Shown here: piece after piece, positions 28,368-38,769 of the stretch
Layout: each line of letters starts with the position of its first letter
Position numbering within the stretch: the stretch's first letter is position 1
Assembly (NCBI GenBank): GCA_963847705.1
Contig: CAWKBC010000025.1
Span: forward strand, 31,891-95,890
Direction: 5' to 3'
Length of the DNA stretch: 64,000 bases
From: an uncultured Pseudomonadota bacterium
GTDB lineage: Bacteria; Myxococcota_A; Polyangia; Fen-1088
Made by a program: the position numbers and the translations under genes
Notes under the pieces: model-generated
The model's input: only the letters and a program-made list of their open reading frames with translations
Databases searched by the model: none
What the model was told of the DNA's origin: nothing

Positions 28368-28988
28368 CTAACGGCCATAAACGATGACGTTGTGATAACG
28401 GGATTCCGAGCCACCCGAGTTCTCGTAAACGTGGGGCTTGTTGGCGTCGAAGACCACCGAGTCCCCGGGGCCGAGCTCGTCGCTGTGGTCGCCAACCGTC
28501 ATCCTCATCACGCCGCTCAGAACCACCACGATTTCGCGGGTTCCGGGACCGTGCGGCTCGGAGACGTGGCGCGCGCGGGCCGCCAACCGCAGCTCGTACA
28601 TCTCGACCTGCGGGATCCCCACGGCGGGCATGAGCGGCCGGCTCTCGAATTTGCCGTCCATCGAGCGAAGGGGCTGGGCCTCTCCCCGCCGCAACACGGA
28701 GAGCTCGGCCCGGGTCTCGCCGATCAGGTCGGCGAACGTGATCCCGAGCCCAGAGGCGATTTTCCACAAGACACCGATCGTCGGATTGGTCTTGCGGGTT
28801 TCGATCTGAGAGAGCGCCGCGCGGCTCACCCCGGTCAGCTGGGCCAGCTCGTCCAGCGACATCGCCCGCCGTTTCCGCTGGGCCCGCAGGTTCTCCGCGA
28901 CCCGCCCGGCCAGCTCGGCCGCACCGAGCTCATCGCCCGAGGGGATGGGCGCACCCCGCAGCCCCGCCGGACCCTGTTTTTTGGGCAT
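28368..28988 (-). CDS. XRE-family HTH regulator with cupin sensor (PuuR/SutR-like)
   Basis: MSLDELAQLTGVSRAALSQIET..TNPT; PHGPGTRE, LGPGDSVVF.ANKPHVYEN. Confidence 0.93.
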   Translation of the reverse strand: MPKKQGPAGLRGAPIPSGDELGAAELAGRVAENLRAQRKRRAMSLDELAQLTGVSRAALSQIETRKTNPTIGVLWKIASGLGITFADLIGETRAELSVLRRGEAQPLRSMDGKFESRPLMPAVGIPQVEMYELRLAARARHVSEPHGPGTREIVVVLSGVMRMTVGDHSDELGPGDSVVFDANKPHVYENSGGSESRYHNVIVYGR

Positions 28989-29451
28989 GACGGAGATTCT
29001 AGTTTAGGAGACGGCGGCTCGAAACTTTTCGGCCCGGGAGGTGGCGCAGCACGGAGCGAGGTGGCGCAACCGACGCGGTGAGGCCCACACCGTCGGCCGG
29101 CGGCCGGCGGCTGCGGCCTCGCGCGGGCTATCGCCGGCTGCCGCGATCCGGTCGCCCCAGCCCCAGGAACCCCCGAATTCGCCTGATCGAACCGGCCAGC
29201 GCACCGGTCAGCTGGCCTGCCGGGCCACCGGCGGACGTTCCCACAGACCTGCCCACAGACTGGCCCGCCGCCGCGCCGGCCTCCGCGGCGCGGGCGCCGG
29301 TCTCCGCGGCTTCGCCGCACCGGCACCGGTCGGCCGGCGGAACGTCACCGAGCACGCTCTCGACATGGAGGCCGCACCCCGCGAACGAGGGCCTCGCGCA
29401 GACGTTGCAGGTGATTCGTCGGCACATCGTTCTCGTTCTATCATTCCTGCC

Positions 29452-29970
29452 ATGCCCTTGCTCTCCCCGAAACTGACCAAGGTTCTCAAGCGCGGCCTCC
29501 TGATGGCGATCGTCGGGTTCGCCCTCCTCCAGGTCTTCCCGGTGAAGCGCCTCTTCGGCATTCCGACCGAAGACATCGGGACGAATCCACCGGAGCGCTT
29601 CGCCTTCGACGGCCCGCCGGAGGTCGAACGCATCATGCGGCGAGCCTGCTTCGACTGCCACACCAACGAAACGCGCTGGCCGCTCTACGCGCGCGTCGCG
29701 CCCGGCTCGTGGCTCATGGCGCGCGACGTCCACAAGGGGCGCAACCATCTCAACTTTTCCAAGTGGGCCGACGCGGACGAGGACGAGCGTCAGACCGACC
29801 GCGAGAACGCCTGGGAGAAGGTCGAATCGGGCGAGATGCCTCCCTGGTTCTACATCTTGCCGATGCACCCCGACGCCAAGCTTTCACCGGAGGACAAGGC
29901 GCTCCTCAAGTCCTACCTGATGGGCAAGGCGCAGAAGGACAAGGAGACGGACAAGAAAGCGGAGAAGTAG
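29452..29970 (+). CDS. Haem-binding c-type cytochrome (Haem_bd-type)
   Basis: ACFDCHTNETRWPLY, GRNHLNFS.W, GEMPPWFY..MHPDAKLS; N-terminal TM. Confidence 0.9.
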   Translation: MPLLSPKLTKVLKRGLLMAIVGFALLQVFPVKRLFGIPTEDIGTNPPERFAFDGPPEVERIMRRACFDCHTNETRWPLYARVAPGSWLMARDVHKGRNHLNFSKWADADEDERQTDRENAWEKVESGEMPPWFYILPMHPDAKLSPEDKALLKSYLMGKAQKDKETDKKAEK

Positions 29971-30064
29971 CCCAGAAAAACGAAAGCCCTGGAGAACGAC
30001 CCGGAGCTTTTCTGGCGCGAGGACGGGGACCGAACCCCCGATGGCTGTTAACCGCGGGCACCTC
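29971..30064 (-). repeat. Degenerate duplicate of the tRNA-Leu 3' half and its terminator (att-like junction)
   Basis: gcgaggacggggac..aacccc(c)gatggctgttaaccgc..gcacctc matches 39204-39251; cccagaaaaa..gaaagccct matches 39159-39180. Confidence 0.88.
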
Positions 30065-30189
30065 GACTACCGAAGGTCTCCTAACGTATTTTAACTATTA
30101 ACGATTTTTTCGTCAGCCGGTAACCAGGCGAGCCCGCTCCCGAGTTGATCGGTAGATGCGTGCGGCGGTTGGGTGTTCGGATGGAGGTG

Positions 30190-30900
30190 CCGTCGCCCGT
30201 GGCGCCCCACCCATGTAGGACGAAGACGGCGCTGCCGCCGGGCTCGTCCTCGCTCATGCCCGATACGCGGACCACGCTCAGCCCGCCCCACGGTTGCGAC
30301 ACGCCCGCGTCCACTCGCGCCGAGATCCTCCGCGGCCCGAACAAGATCGCCTCCCGTGACGTACCAGGAGACGAGGAGAGTCTCCTGAGTCTCCGCAATC
30401 GTTCCGGACGCGGGATCGAACACCGGGTACATCTCGATGGCGCCGGCCAGCCAGGTGGCCGCTGTCGTGACGTGGGCTCCAGGCCGAACGGCCATCGGGT
30501 CGACGGGCGTGCCCCCGACCATGAAGCTCAGACCCGAGATGGTTGGGTTCTGGTTCGGGAGATACGCCGCTCGGAAGCGGCTGACGTCGCCCAGGAGGCA
30601 TCGGGCAGCTCACAGGTGACGCGCTCGAGACCGACCGCCAAGGAGTTGCCGAGCGAGACTGTCAGCGGCTGGTAGTAACCACCGGTCGCGTCTGAGTCGT
30701 TCGGGCGTGTCGGCGGCGCTCCAGGAGCGGGTTGTGCCGTGTCAGGTCCGAAGGTGCGACAGGCGTCGGTCGGGATCACCACCTGCACGGCGTTGCCGAC
30801 AGCGTCGGCAGACGTCGGGATCAAGCAGTCAGGAGATACGACCCGGCTCTCGGCGAGCGGTTTCTCCGTATGGCACAGGCTCCACGAGGTGTCCGTCAAG
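30190..30900 (-). pseudogene. Fragments of a Cys-containing secreted protein and of a phospholipase/carboxylesterase N-terminus
   Basis: DACRTFGPD..DATGGYYQP..ERVTCEL and LLVSWYVTGG lie in different frames; WGGLSVVRV..AVFVLHGWGATGD stops shortly after. Confidence 0.55.
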
Positions 30901-31221
30901 TCGGGCCCGCCGGCCTCCTCGCTCCCGTAACGCCGCTACCCCACGAGACGACTCATTTGGCTCACGCTCGAAGAGCACCCTAAAGCGTCTGTTTCCAACA
31001 CGACCACACGCGATATCCGCACGGCGGGCGCCACATGACCAAACAAACTCACCCGGCTAACCGCGTAACCTATCTCGCCCCTTAACGCTCATTTGACTGC
31101 TTGGTAACCCATTCGACATAAGCGCCTTGGTACAAGAAATCATCGGCGGCAACACACAGTCACTGAATCGATGAGTCGCCTAACAACAACACCAAAACGT
31201 AATTGGCAAGGAGACCCACGC

Positions 31222-32496
31222 ATGCACTTTGCTCCTAGACAGAGCCGCAATCGCCAACGTGCACATTTGCCGCCGCGTTCGCTGCTTCCCTTGCTCCTGG
31301 TGACCACCGTCACCTCTCTCGCCACATACGAGGGGCCAGCCAGGGCCGAGCTTCCGACCTCTGCGGTCGACACCACCGGCTTGGCGGTGACGGACAGCGA
31401 AGTCACCGTCGGCCAATTGCATAGCGCCACGGGCACCATGGCGATCAGCGAGACGGGATCGATCCAGGCCGAGCGGCTGGCGATAGAGCAGATCAACGCC
31501 TCGGGCGGAATTCTCGGGCGCCAGATCAAAATCATCCAGGAGGACGGCGCCAGCGACTGGCCCACCTTTGCCGAGAAGGCCAAGAAACTCCTGGTGTCCG
31601 ACAAGGTCGCCGCCGTGTTCGGTTGCTGGACCTCGGCGTCGAGGAAGGCGGTATTGCCCGTTTTCGAAAGGGAGAATGGGTTGCTCTATTATCCGACCTT
31701 CTACGAGGGTCTCGAACAATCGAAGAACGTGTTTTACACCGGCCAAGAGGCGACCCAGCAGATCTTGGCGGGCCTGGACTGGCTCTACAAGGAAAAGAAA
31801 GCCAAGACCTACTTCCTCATCGGGTCGGACTACATTTGGCCGCGCACCTCCAACAAGATCGCCCGCAAACACATCGAAAACGTGCTGCATGGGACCGTGG
31901 TCGGCGAGGAGTATTATCCCCTCGGCACCACTCAGTTTGGGTCGCTCATCAACAAGATCAAGCTCAAAAAGCCTGATGCGATCTATGCCATCGTCGTGGG
32001 CGGCAGCAACGTCTCGTTTTATAAACAACTCAAGGCCGCCGGGGTAACGTCGGACAAGCAAACGCTCCTGACCATTTCCGTCACCGAAGATGAGTTGCTC
32101 GGTATCGGCGGCGAGAACATGGTCGGCTTCTACGCGGCGATGAAGTATTTCCAGAGCCTGGACAACCCGAATAACAAGAAGTTCGTCAAGGCGTTCAAGG
32201 CCCGTTGGGGTGCCAACTCCGTGATTGGTGACGTGACCCAGGCCGCGTACCTCGGCCCATGGCTCTGGAAGGCCGCCGTCGAGAAGGCCAAGAGCTTCGA
32301 CGTCGACAAGGTGGTGGCGGCATCGCCCAATATCGAGCTCAAGACGGCGCCCGAGGGCTACGTCAGGATCCACAACGTCAATCACCACCTCTGGAGCAAG
32401 CTTCGCATTGGGCAGGTGCAGGCCAATGGCCAGTACAAGGTTCTCTACGAATCTTCGTTGATCGAGCCCAATCCGTTCCCCAAGGGCTATCAATGA
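31222..32496 (+). CDS. urtA: Urea/short-chain amide ABC transporter substrate-binding protein
   Basis: HSATGTMAISE, EDGASDWPTFAEKA, FGCWTSASRKAV, YEGLE, GSDYIWPRT; AAGGAG RBS. Confidence 0.96.
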   Translation: MHFAPRQSRNRQRAHLPPRSLLPLLLVTTVTSLATYEGPARAELPTSAVDTTGLAVTDSEVTVGQLHSATGTMAISETGSIQAERLAIEQINASGGILGRQIKIIQEDGASDWPTFAEKAKKLLVSDKVAAVFGCWTSASRKAVLPVFERENGLLYYPTFYEGLEQSKNVFYTGQEATQQILAGLDWLYKEKKAKTYFLIGSDYIWPRTSNKIARKHIENVLHGTVVGEEYYPLGTTQFGSLINKIKLKKPDAIYAIVVGGSNVSFYKQLKAAGVTSDKQTLLTISVTEDELLGIGGENMVGFYAAMKYFQSLDNPNNKKFVKAFKARWGANSVIGDVTQAAYLGPWLWKAAVEKAKSFDVDKVVAASPNIELKTAPEGYVRIHNVNHHLWSKLRIGQVQANGQYKVLYESSLIEPNPFPKGYQ

Positions 32497-32571
32497 TCAC
32501 GGGCTGATGTGGAATCACGCCAGCCAGGATGCACTTAACGATCAGCGCGACTTTTTCGAAAGGTCCAGGGT

Positions 32572-33486
32572 ATGACCGCCAAAGAATTCTTCTCGATCGT
32601 CGCCATGCAGGGCTTCAACGGCCTCAGCACCTTCTGCGTGCTTTTGCTGATGGCGCTGGGGTTGGCGATCATCTTCGGTCAGATGGGCGTCATCAACATG
32701 GCCCATGGCGAATTCTTGACCATCGGCGCCTACACCACCTATGGACTTTCCGAGATCAGCCAGCGCTGGGCACCCTGGCTGGAGAAGACGTACTTCATCC
32801 TGGCGATGGTCGTCGCGTTCGTGGTCGCAGCGGGGGTGGGATGGCTGGTCGAGCGCTTCATGGTACGCAAGCTGTACAAACGTCCGCTCGACACCCTGCT
32901 GGCGACCTGGGGTCTCAGCCTCATAATGCAGCAAATCTTCCGGTCGGTTTTCGGGGCGAAGGAGGTGAGCGCGGTCCTTCCCGACTGGCTCATGGGATCA
33001 TTCAAGCCGACCGACTCCATCGACATTCCGATTAACGGCGTCATGGTCATGGTCGTCACCGCTGTTTTGACTACGGCGCTGTTCATCCTGCTGTTCAAGA
33101 CCCGATTGGGAGTCTGGATTCGCGCCACGACGCAAAACCGGACCATGGCCGGGGCCGCTGGAATCAACACCCGGAAGATGGACAGCCTGGCGTTCGCGAC
33201 CGGGTGCGGCCTGGCCGGTATTGCCGGCGCGGCCTTCACGACCATCGGATCGACCGGTCCAACCAGCGGCTCGCTTTACATCGTGGACACATTCCTCACG
33301 GTGGTGTTTGGAGGCGCCCAGAGCCTTCTCGGCACCATTGCCTCAGCCTTTGGTATCGCCCAGACCCAGGCGGTCACCGAGTTCTTCCTGACGGGCTCGA
33401 CCGCCAAGGTTCTGACGTTGATGGCGATAGTCGTGATCCTGATGATTCGCCCGCAGGGGCTCTTCGCTACACGGGTACGGAGGTAG
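32572..33486 (+). CDS. urtB: Urea ABC transporter permease
   Basis: LGLAIIFGQMGVINMAHGEF, RPLDTLLATWG, RPQGLF. Confidence 0.94.
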   Translation: MTAKEFFSIVAMQGFNGLSTFCVLLLMALGLAIIFGQMGVINMAHGEFLTIGAYTTYGLSEISQRWAPWLEKTYFILAMVVAFVVAAGVGWLVERFMVRKLYKRPLDTLLATWGLSLIMQQIFRSVFGAKEVSAVLPDWLMGSFKPTDSIDIPINGVMVMVVTAVLTTALFILLFKTRLGVWIRATTQNRTMAGAAGINTRKMDSLAFATGCGLAGIAGAAFTTIGSTGPTSGSLYIVDTFLTVVFGGAQSLLGTIASAFGIAQTQAVTEFFLTGSTAKVLTLMAIVVILMIRPQGLFATRVRR

Positions 33487-33491
33487 TTCGA

Positions 33492-34769
33492 ATGACACCG
33501 TTGGAACAAGCAGAGCCTTTGGCGCTCGCGCCTGCGGCCCCCCATGAGGCCGCTGCCGCTCGCGGGCGCTTCTTCGACGGAAGCAAGGAGCGCAACGCAT
33601 TCCTGATCGCTGCGATCCTGATTCTGGCGGTGTTTCCGCTGTTTCTGTCGCCGTTTCGGCTGGGCCTGGTCGGCAAATATCTGACGTACGGTTTCGTGGG
33701 CCTGGGCCTCGTCATCTGCTGGGGCTATGGCGGGATCTTGAGCCTGGGCCAAGGAATCTTCTTCGGAATTGGTGGCTACTGCATGGCCATGTTTCTGAAG
33801 CTCGAGGCGTCCGACAAGGTGAGCACCGCGATTCAATCGACGCCGGGCATTCCCGACTTCATGGATTGGAATCAGCTGACCGCCTTACCGGCATTCTGGC
33901 GACCCTTCAAGAGTCTGGCCTTCACGGTCATTGCGGTCCCCACGATTCCTGGGATCCTGGCGCTCATCATCGGCTTCGCGATGTTCAAGCGGCGCGTGGG
34001 CGGCGTTTACTTCGCCATCATCACTCAGGCTGTGGCAGCCATCTTGACCATCTTGATCGTCGGTCAGCAAGGATACACCGGAGGGATCAATGGGATCACC
34101 GATCTCAAGACCATGCACGGCTGGGACATTCGCACCGACTCGGCCCACCGGATCCTTTACTACGCGAATGCTCTTCTGCTGCTCGGAGCGACGCTGCTCT
34201 GCATTCAGTTGTCGCGAACCAAGCTCGGTCGGTTGCTCGTGGCGATGAGGGATCGTGAAGATCGCGTCCGGTTCTCGGGCTACGACGTTGCAAATCTGAA
34301 GACCTTTGCCTTCGTTTTCGCCGCCGTGCTTGCCGCAATCGGGGGCGCCATGTTCACGCTGCAGGTGGGGTTCATGTCGCCTTCGTTTGTCGGAATCATC
34401 CCCTCCATCGATATGGTGGTCTGCGTGGCGCTTGGCGGACGCGACTGGCTGCTGGGGGCCATCTATGGAAGTCTGGTCGTAAACTTCGGAAAGACCTTCT
34501 TTTCGGAACAGTTTCCTCAGCTCTGGCTGTTCATGATCGGGGGCCTTTTCATCGGCGTGGTCATGGTGTTCCCACGCGGGCTGGCTGGAATCAGAGTCTC
34601 GGCGTTGCGCGGCGCGTTCGCTTCCTGGCGGGCTCGGCGAGCGGCCGCACAGGAAGGGAGCTCCATCGTCGCCCTGCCGCTGACGGTCGCTGCGCCCGCG
34701 CCGACGGTTCCGGTTCTACCGGCTTCGGCTGATTCAGCGCCGCTGCCTGAAGGGTCGGTGGGCGCATGA
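33492..34769 (+). CDS. urtC: Urea ABC transporter permease
   Basis: WGYGGILSLGQGIFFG.GGYCMAM.LKL, PDFMDWN, GVYFAIITQA, RD.EDRVRFSGY. Confidence 0.94.
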   Translation: MTPLEQAEPLALAPAAPHEAAAARGRFFDGSKERNAFLIAAILILAVFPLFLSPFRLGLVGKYLTYGFVGLGLVICWGYGGILSLGQGIFFGIGGYCMAMFLKLEASDKVSTAIQSTPGIPDFMDWNQLTALPAFWRPFKSLAFTVIAVPTIPGILALIIGFAMFKRRVGGVYFAIITQAVAAILTILIVGQQGYTGGINGITDLKTMHGWDIRTDSAHRILYYANALLLLGATLLCIQLSRTKLGRLLVAMRDREDRVRFSGYDVANLKTFAFVFAAVLAAIGGAMFTLQVGFMSPSFVGIIPSIDMVVCVALGGRDWLLGAIYGSLVVNFGKTFFSEQFPQLWLFMIGGLFIGVVMVFPRGLAGIRVSALRGAFASWRARRAAAQEGSSIVALPLTVAAPAPTVPVLPASADSAPLPEGSVGA

Positions 34770-35518
34770 CCGTGCCAGCCGACCGGACCTATTTGCTGGC
34801 GGTTGAGGGTCTCACCGTCTCGTTTGATGGATTCCGGGCCGTGGACGATTTGTCGTTCTTCGTCGACAAGGAGGAGCTGCGCGCCATCATCGGACCGAAC
34901 GGAGCCGGTAAGACCACGGTGCTCGATCTGATCTCGGGGCGAACCCGGGCGGACAGCGGCAGTGTGTTGTTCAAGGGCGAACAGGTCAGCGGCCTGCGCG
35001 AGCACGAGATTGTCCGTAGGGGCATCGGCAGGAAGTTCCAGACCCCTACGGTCTACGAATCGCTGACCGTGTTTGAGAACCTCGAGATGTCCTATCCCAA
35101 GGGACGGACGGCTTTCGGAGCCTGGTGGTTCAAGCGCACCCCAGATGTCATTCGACGGGTCGAGGAGATTGCGGAGATGATCGAGCTGACGTCGCGGCTC
35201 AGTGACCCGGCGGAGCTGCTCAGCCACGGTCAAAAGCAGTGGCTGGAGATCGGTATGCTCCTCATCCAGGACCCGGTCCTCATGATGCTGGATGAGCCGG
35301 TGGCCGGGATGAGCGTTGCGGAGCGAGCGAAGACCGCCGAGCTCCTCAAGCGAATCTGCAAGCGTTGTGCTGTCGTCGTCGTGGAGCACGACATGGACTT
35401 CGTGCGCAGCATCGCCCACCGGGTCACCGTTCTCCATCAAGGCAAGTGGATCGCAGAAGGGACCATGGAAAAGGTGCAGAGCGATCCCAAGGTCATCGAG
35501 GTCTACCTTGGACACTGA
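34766..35518 (+). CDS. urtD: Urea ABC transporter ATP-binding protein
   Basis: GPNGAGKT, GIGRKFQTP, LSHGQKQWLEIGM, DEPVAGM, EVYLG. Confidence 0.96.
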   Translation: MTVPADRTYLLAVEGLTVSFDGFRAVDDLSFFVDKEELRAIIGPNGAGKTTVLDLISGRTRADSGSVLFKGEQVSGLREHEIVRRGIGRKFQTPTVYESLTVFENLEMSYPKGRTAFGAWWFKRTPDVIRRVEEIAEMIELTSRLSDPAELLSHGQKQWLEIGMLLIQDPVLMMLDEPVAGMSVAERAKTAELLKRICKRCAVVVVEHDMDFVRSIAHRVTVLHQGKWIAEGTMEKVQSDPKVIEVYLGH

Positions 35519-36224
35519 GACATCGGCGGCGGCCGACCTCTTGAAGGTCGACCATCTGAGCGTCAGCTATGGACAGAGTCAGGTCATCTCGGACCTCTCA
35601 TTTTCGGTGAAGAACAACGAAATCGTCGCGGTGATGGGCCGCAATGGGATGGGGAAGACCACGCTCTTCAAGGCAATGATTGGCATCCTGCCGGTGCGCG
35701 CGGGTCGGGTCGATGTCTGTGGCGTGGACGTCACCAGCGAGGAGCCCTACAACCGGGTCGCCAAGGGGCTGGGGTATGTGCCGCAGGGACGTATGATCTT
35801 CCCGACCCTCACGGTCGAGGAGAATATCGAGGCCGGGCTGCGCTCTCGCAAGGAACGTGTCTCCGCCGAGATCTACGAGTTCTTCCCGGTGCTGCAGCAG
35901 ATGAAGAAGCGCCGCGGAGGGAATCTCTCGGGCGGGCAGCAGCAGCAGTTGGCCATCGCCCGCGCGCTGGCCAGCCACCCCAAGGTACTCCTGCTCGACG
36001 AGCCAACGGAGGGCATTCAGCCGTCGATCATCAAGGAATTGGCCGAGATTCTCAAACGCATCCGGGAGAAGTGGCAGCTGGCCATCGTGGTTTCGGAGCA
36101 GGTGCTCAGCTTTGCACTCTCGGTGGCGGATCGGATCCTGGTCATCGACCGTGGCCACATTGTTCAGGAGAGCTCCCGCAGCGAGATCGACAGCGATACG
36201 CTGGGGCGGCTGCTATCAGTCTGA
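35508..36224 (+). CDS. urtE: Urea ABC transporter ATP-binding protein
   Basis: GRNGMGKTT, YVPQGRMIFP, LSGGQQQQLAIARAL, DEPTEGIQPSII; TTG start inferred. Confidence 0.95.
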   Translation: MDTETSAAADLLKVDHLSVSYGQSQVISDLSFSVKNNEIVAVMGRNGMGKTTLFKAMIGILPVRAGRVDVCGVDVTSEEPYNRVAKGLGYVPQGRMIFPTLTVEENIEAGLRSRKERVSAEIYEFFPVLQQMKKRRGGNLSGGQQQQLAIARALASHPKVLLLDEPTEGIQPSIIKELAEILKRIREKWQLAIVVSEQVLSFALSVADRILVIDRGHIVQESSRSEIDSDTLGRLLSV

Positions 36225-36272
36225 TGTATCAATTACCGAGGGGACCAACGCCTAACCTCAGAGGAGGAATCG

Positions 36273-37460
36273 ATGCCCAAGACCCTGTTTAAAATCGATC
36301 TGACGAAATCCTGCGCGGATCAGGAGATCCCCGGACACAATCGCTGGCATCCGGACATCCCCGCAGTCGTTTCCGTGAAACCCGGAGACGTGTTCCGTAT
36401 CGAGTGCAAGGATTGGACGGACGGGCAGATCAAGAACAACGACGATCCGTCGGACGTCAAGGACGTCACGCTCTCGGTGGTTCACGTTCTGAGTGGCCCA
36501 ATCCACGTGGAGGGGGTCGAGCCGGGCGACATCTTGGTGGTCGACCTGCTGGACATCGGCTGTCTGCCGGGCGACGAGTGGGGCTTCACCGGAATATTCG
36601 ACCGCGCCAACGGCGGCGGCTTCTTGACCGATCACTATCCGAATGCCGCCAAGACCATCTGGGACATCCAGGGCATCTACGCCAGCTCGCGCCACATTCC
36701 GGGCGTTCGCTTTGCTGGGCTCTCTCATCCCGGCCTGATCGGTTGCGCACCATCGGCGGATCTGCTGGCGAAATGGAACAAGCGCGAGAAGGCGTTGATT
36801 GATAAGGGCGGCCCCACGTGGAAGCCCAAGATACCGCCGCTGGCCAACCTACCCAATCCGGAAAACGCAGTTCTGGGCACGTTGAAGGGCGCGCAGTTCG
36901 ACAGGGTCGCGTCCGAAGCGGCGCGGACGGTCCCGCCGCGCGAACACGGAGGCAACTGCGACATCAAGAACCTCTCGAAGGGCTCGAAGATCTATTTTCC
37001 GGTCTACGTGTCGGGGGGGAAGCTCTCCATGGGTGACATCCACTTCTCACAGGGCGACGGCGAGATCTCGTTCTGTGGTGCCATCGAGATGGCCGGCTAT
37101 CTGGATCTGCACGTCGACGTCATCAAGGGCGGCATGGCTAAGTACGGGATGGTGAATCCGATCTTCAAGCCCGGACCGGTCGAGCCGCGCTACTCGGAGT
37201 ATCTGATTTTCGAGGGGATCTCGGTCGACGAGTTCACCGGCGAACAGTACTACCTCGACGCCCACGTCGCCTATCGACGGGCGTGCTTGAATGCCATTGA
37301 GTATCTGAAGAAATTCGGCTTCACGGGTGAGCAAGCTTACATGCTGTTGAGCTGCGCCCCCGTCGAGGGCCGCATCAGCGGGGTGGTGGACATCCCCAAC
37401 GCCTGCGCCACGCTGGCGTTGCCCACCGGGATCTTCGACAAGAATATCCTGCCGGTTTGA
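36273..37460 (+). CDS. fmdA: Formamidase (FmdA/AmdA family)
   Basis: HNRWHPDIP, ECKDWTDGQI.NND, HPGLIGCAPS, RTVPPREHGGNCDIK, SQGDGEI, VDIPNAC. Confidence 0.96.
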   Translation: MPKTLFKIDLTKSCADQEIPGHNRWHPDIPAVVSVKPGDVFRIECKDWTDGQIKNNDDPSDVKDVTLSVVHVLSGPIHVEGVEPGDILVVDLLDIGCLPGDEWGFTGIFDRANGGGFLTDHYPNAAKTIWDIQGIYASSRHIPGVRFAGLSHPGLIGCAPSADLLAKWNKREKALIDKGGPTWKPKIPPLANLPNPENAVLGTLKGAQFDRVASEAARTVPPREHGGNCDIKNLSKGSKIYFPVYVSGGKLSMGDIHFSQGDGEISFCGAIEMAGYLDLHVDVIKGGMAKYGMVNPIFKPGPVEPRYSEYLIFEGISVDEFTGEQYYLDAHVAYRRACLNAIEYLKKFGFTGEQAYMLLSCAPVEGRISGVVDIPNACATLALPTGIFDKNILPV

Positions 37461-37472
37461 GGTCGAAAACGA

Positions 37473-37733
37473 ATGCCTGTCTATGAGTTCGAGTGTCCGG
37501 CCTGCGGAGGCTTTGAAGCGTCGAGGCCCATCCAGCGGGCGTCCTCACCGTTGCGCTGCCCGTCGTGCAAGAGACGGGCGCCGCGCATACTGTCGGCAGT
37601 CGCCATTGGGCGGGGCGCTCGCCCACCCGCGGGCGCGGAGCCGCGGCGGGTGGTGAGGCGAGCGAACCAGGAGCCCAGGCCGGCGCCGGCAGCACGGGCC
37701 GCACACGGCCGTCCCTGGATGATGGGACACTGA
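37473..37733 (+). CDS. fmdB: FmdB family zinc-ribbon protein
   Basis: MPVYEFECPACG.FE...CPSC; C-terminal RPWMMGH; follows fmdA. Confidence 0.9.
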   Translation: MPVYEFECPACGGFEASRPIQRASSPLRCPSCKRRAPRILSAVAIGRGARPPAGAEPRRVVRRANQEPRPAPAARAAHGRPWMMGH

Positions 37734-38355
37734 CCGCACCGATGATCCGACGTCTCCGCTCAATGCCCACAATCTCCAATTGACAGTTCCCACTCGCGCA
37801 GGACCTTGCCCGAGAGGCCCCGGGGACGGTGGCCGGCACGATTCCGGTACAGGCGGCGGCGAACGCCGGGCGAGTGCGCCGAAATAGCTGGGCAGGCGGG
37901 TGTGGGGCACAAAGTTTCAATCGGCGAGCAGGATCTCGCTCCAGCCGCTCCGACGGTGACGTGGTCATTGCGAAGCCGGCGGATGCACGCGCCGCACGGC
38001 CGGTACAACCTCGTGCCGGTCGGGCGTCGGATGGTGCACGGGGCCCCCTCCGCGGCATGATGCCCGTACCCGCCGGCACAACCGCATCCTGAACGGCAAC
38101 GCTGACTGCTTCCTTCTGACCTTTCAGGAGTTGTTTCTGTCGGAGACAATTTATCGTCGTTGTATTTCCACTTGTAATGGGTTTGCGAGTCGCCTGTCGT
38201 TCAGCGAGTCAGGTCGAGCCCTGTGGGGCAAATTTCAGCAAAGCGCCGATCGTGCTCCGCAGAATCGCCACACGTTCCATGCTTCTCGTTCCTCTGTTTT
38301 CGACTGGGGCCGCAAACCAGGGGAGGTTACGAGTCCTGCGGGACCTTGACGGTCG

Positions 38356-38371
38356 TGGCACGACTTCTGCT
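38356..38371 (+). promoter_or_regulatory. Sigma54 (-24/-12) promoter
   Basis: TGGCACGACTTCTGCT with exact GG-N10-GC spacing, about 55 bp before ATG 38427. Confidence 0.75.
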
Positions 38372-38426
38372 GCAAAACGATAGCTGCAGGGAACTCCGTC
38401 TCATCACCACAAAAGGAGCCAGCCAC

Positions 38427-38594
38427 ATGAACCTTACCCGAGCCATTTTCCTCGCACTCGCTGTTCTCGTCCCGACGTCGTGGACAGTCGCCTACGCCGA
38501 GGACGCGCCGCCGGCCGACGCGCCGGCCAAAAAGGAAAAGAAGAGCAAGAAGAAGAAGAAAGCTGACGACGGCGCCATGAAGAAGGCCGAGTAG
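38427..38594 (+). CDS. 55-aa secreted Lys-rich peptide (Asr-like composition)
   Basis: AAGGAG RBS; signal peptide ..VAYA|EDAPPADAPAKKEKKSKKKKKADDGAMKKAE; own terminator. Confidence 0.8.
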   Translation: MNLTRAIFLALAVLVPTSWTVAYAEDAPPADAPAKKEKKSKKKKKADDGAMKKAE

Positions 38595-38622
38595 CTCGCG
38601 ACCTCGGCTACACGACCGTTTT

Positions 38623-38656
38623 GAAGCCCCGGCCTTGGCTGGGGCTTCTTTTTTTT
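38623..38656 (+). terminator. Intrinsic terminator
   Basis: gaagccccggcc-tt-ggctggggcttc followed by a T run. Confidence 0.9.
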
Positions 38657-38769
38657 GCCGCGACCAGAGCGCTGACAGGTCGACTCCGCTCAGCGCCCCT
38701 CACTCTTCGCTCAATAGCCGACGGGAGCGGCTCCTCAGACCTGGAGGAGCCAATGTAGAGAACGTATAG

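Noticed and set aside
29041-29450. ORFs between the XRE regulator and the haem-binding gene
   Set aside because: Pro/Arg/Ala-rich translations with no motifs; treated as intergenic.
30013-30064. Second functional tRNA
   Set aside because: Only the 3' half is present, with a mutated T-loop and anticodon stem.
31080-31220. Sigma54/NtrC-type nitrogen promoter for urtA
   Set aside because: TGGTAC-type sequences lack the -12 GC at the correct spacing; no convincing site seen.
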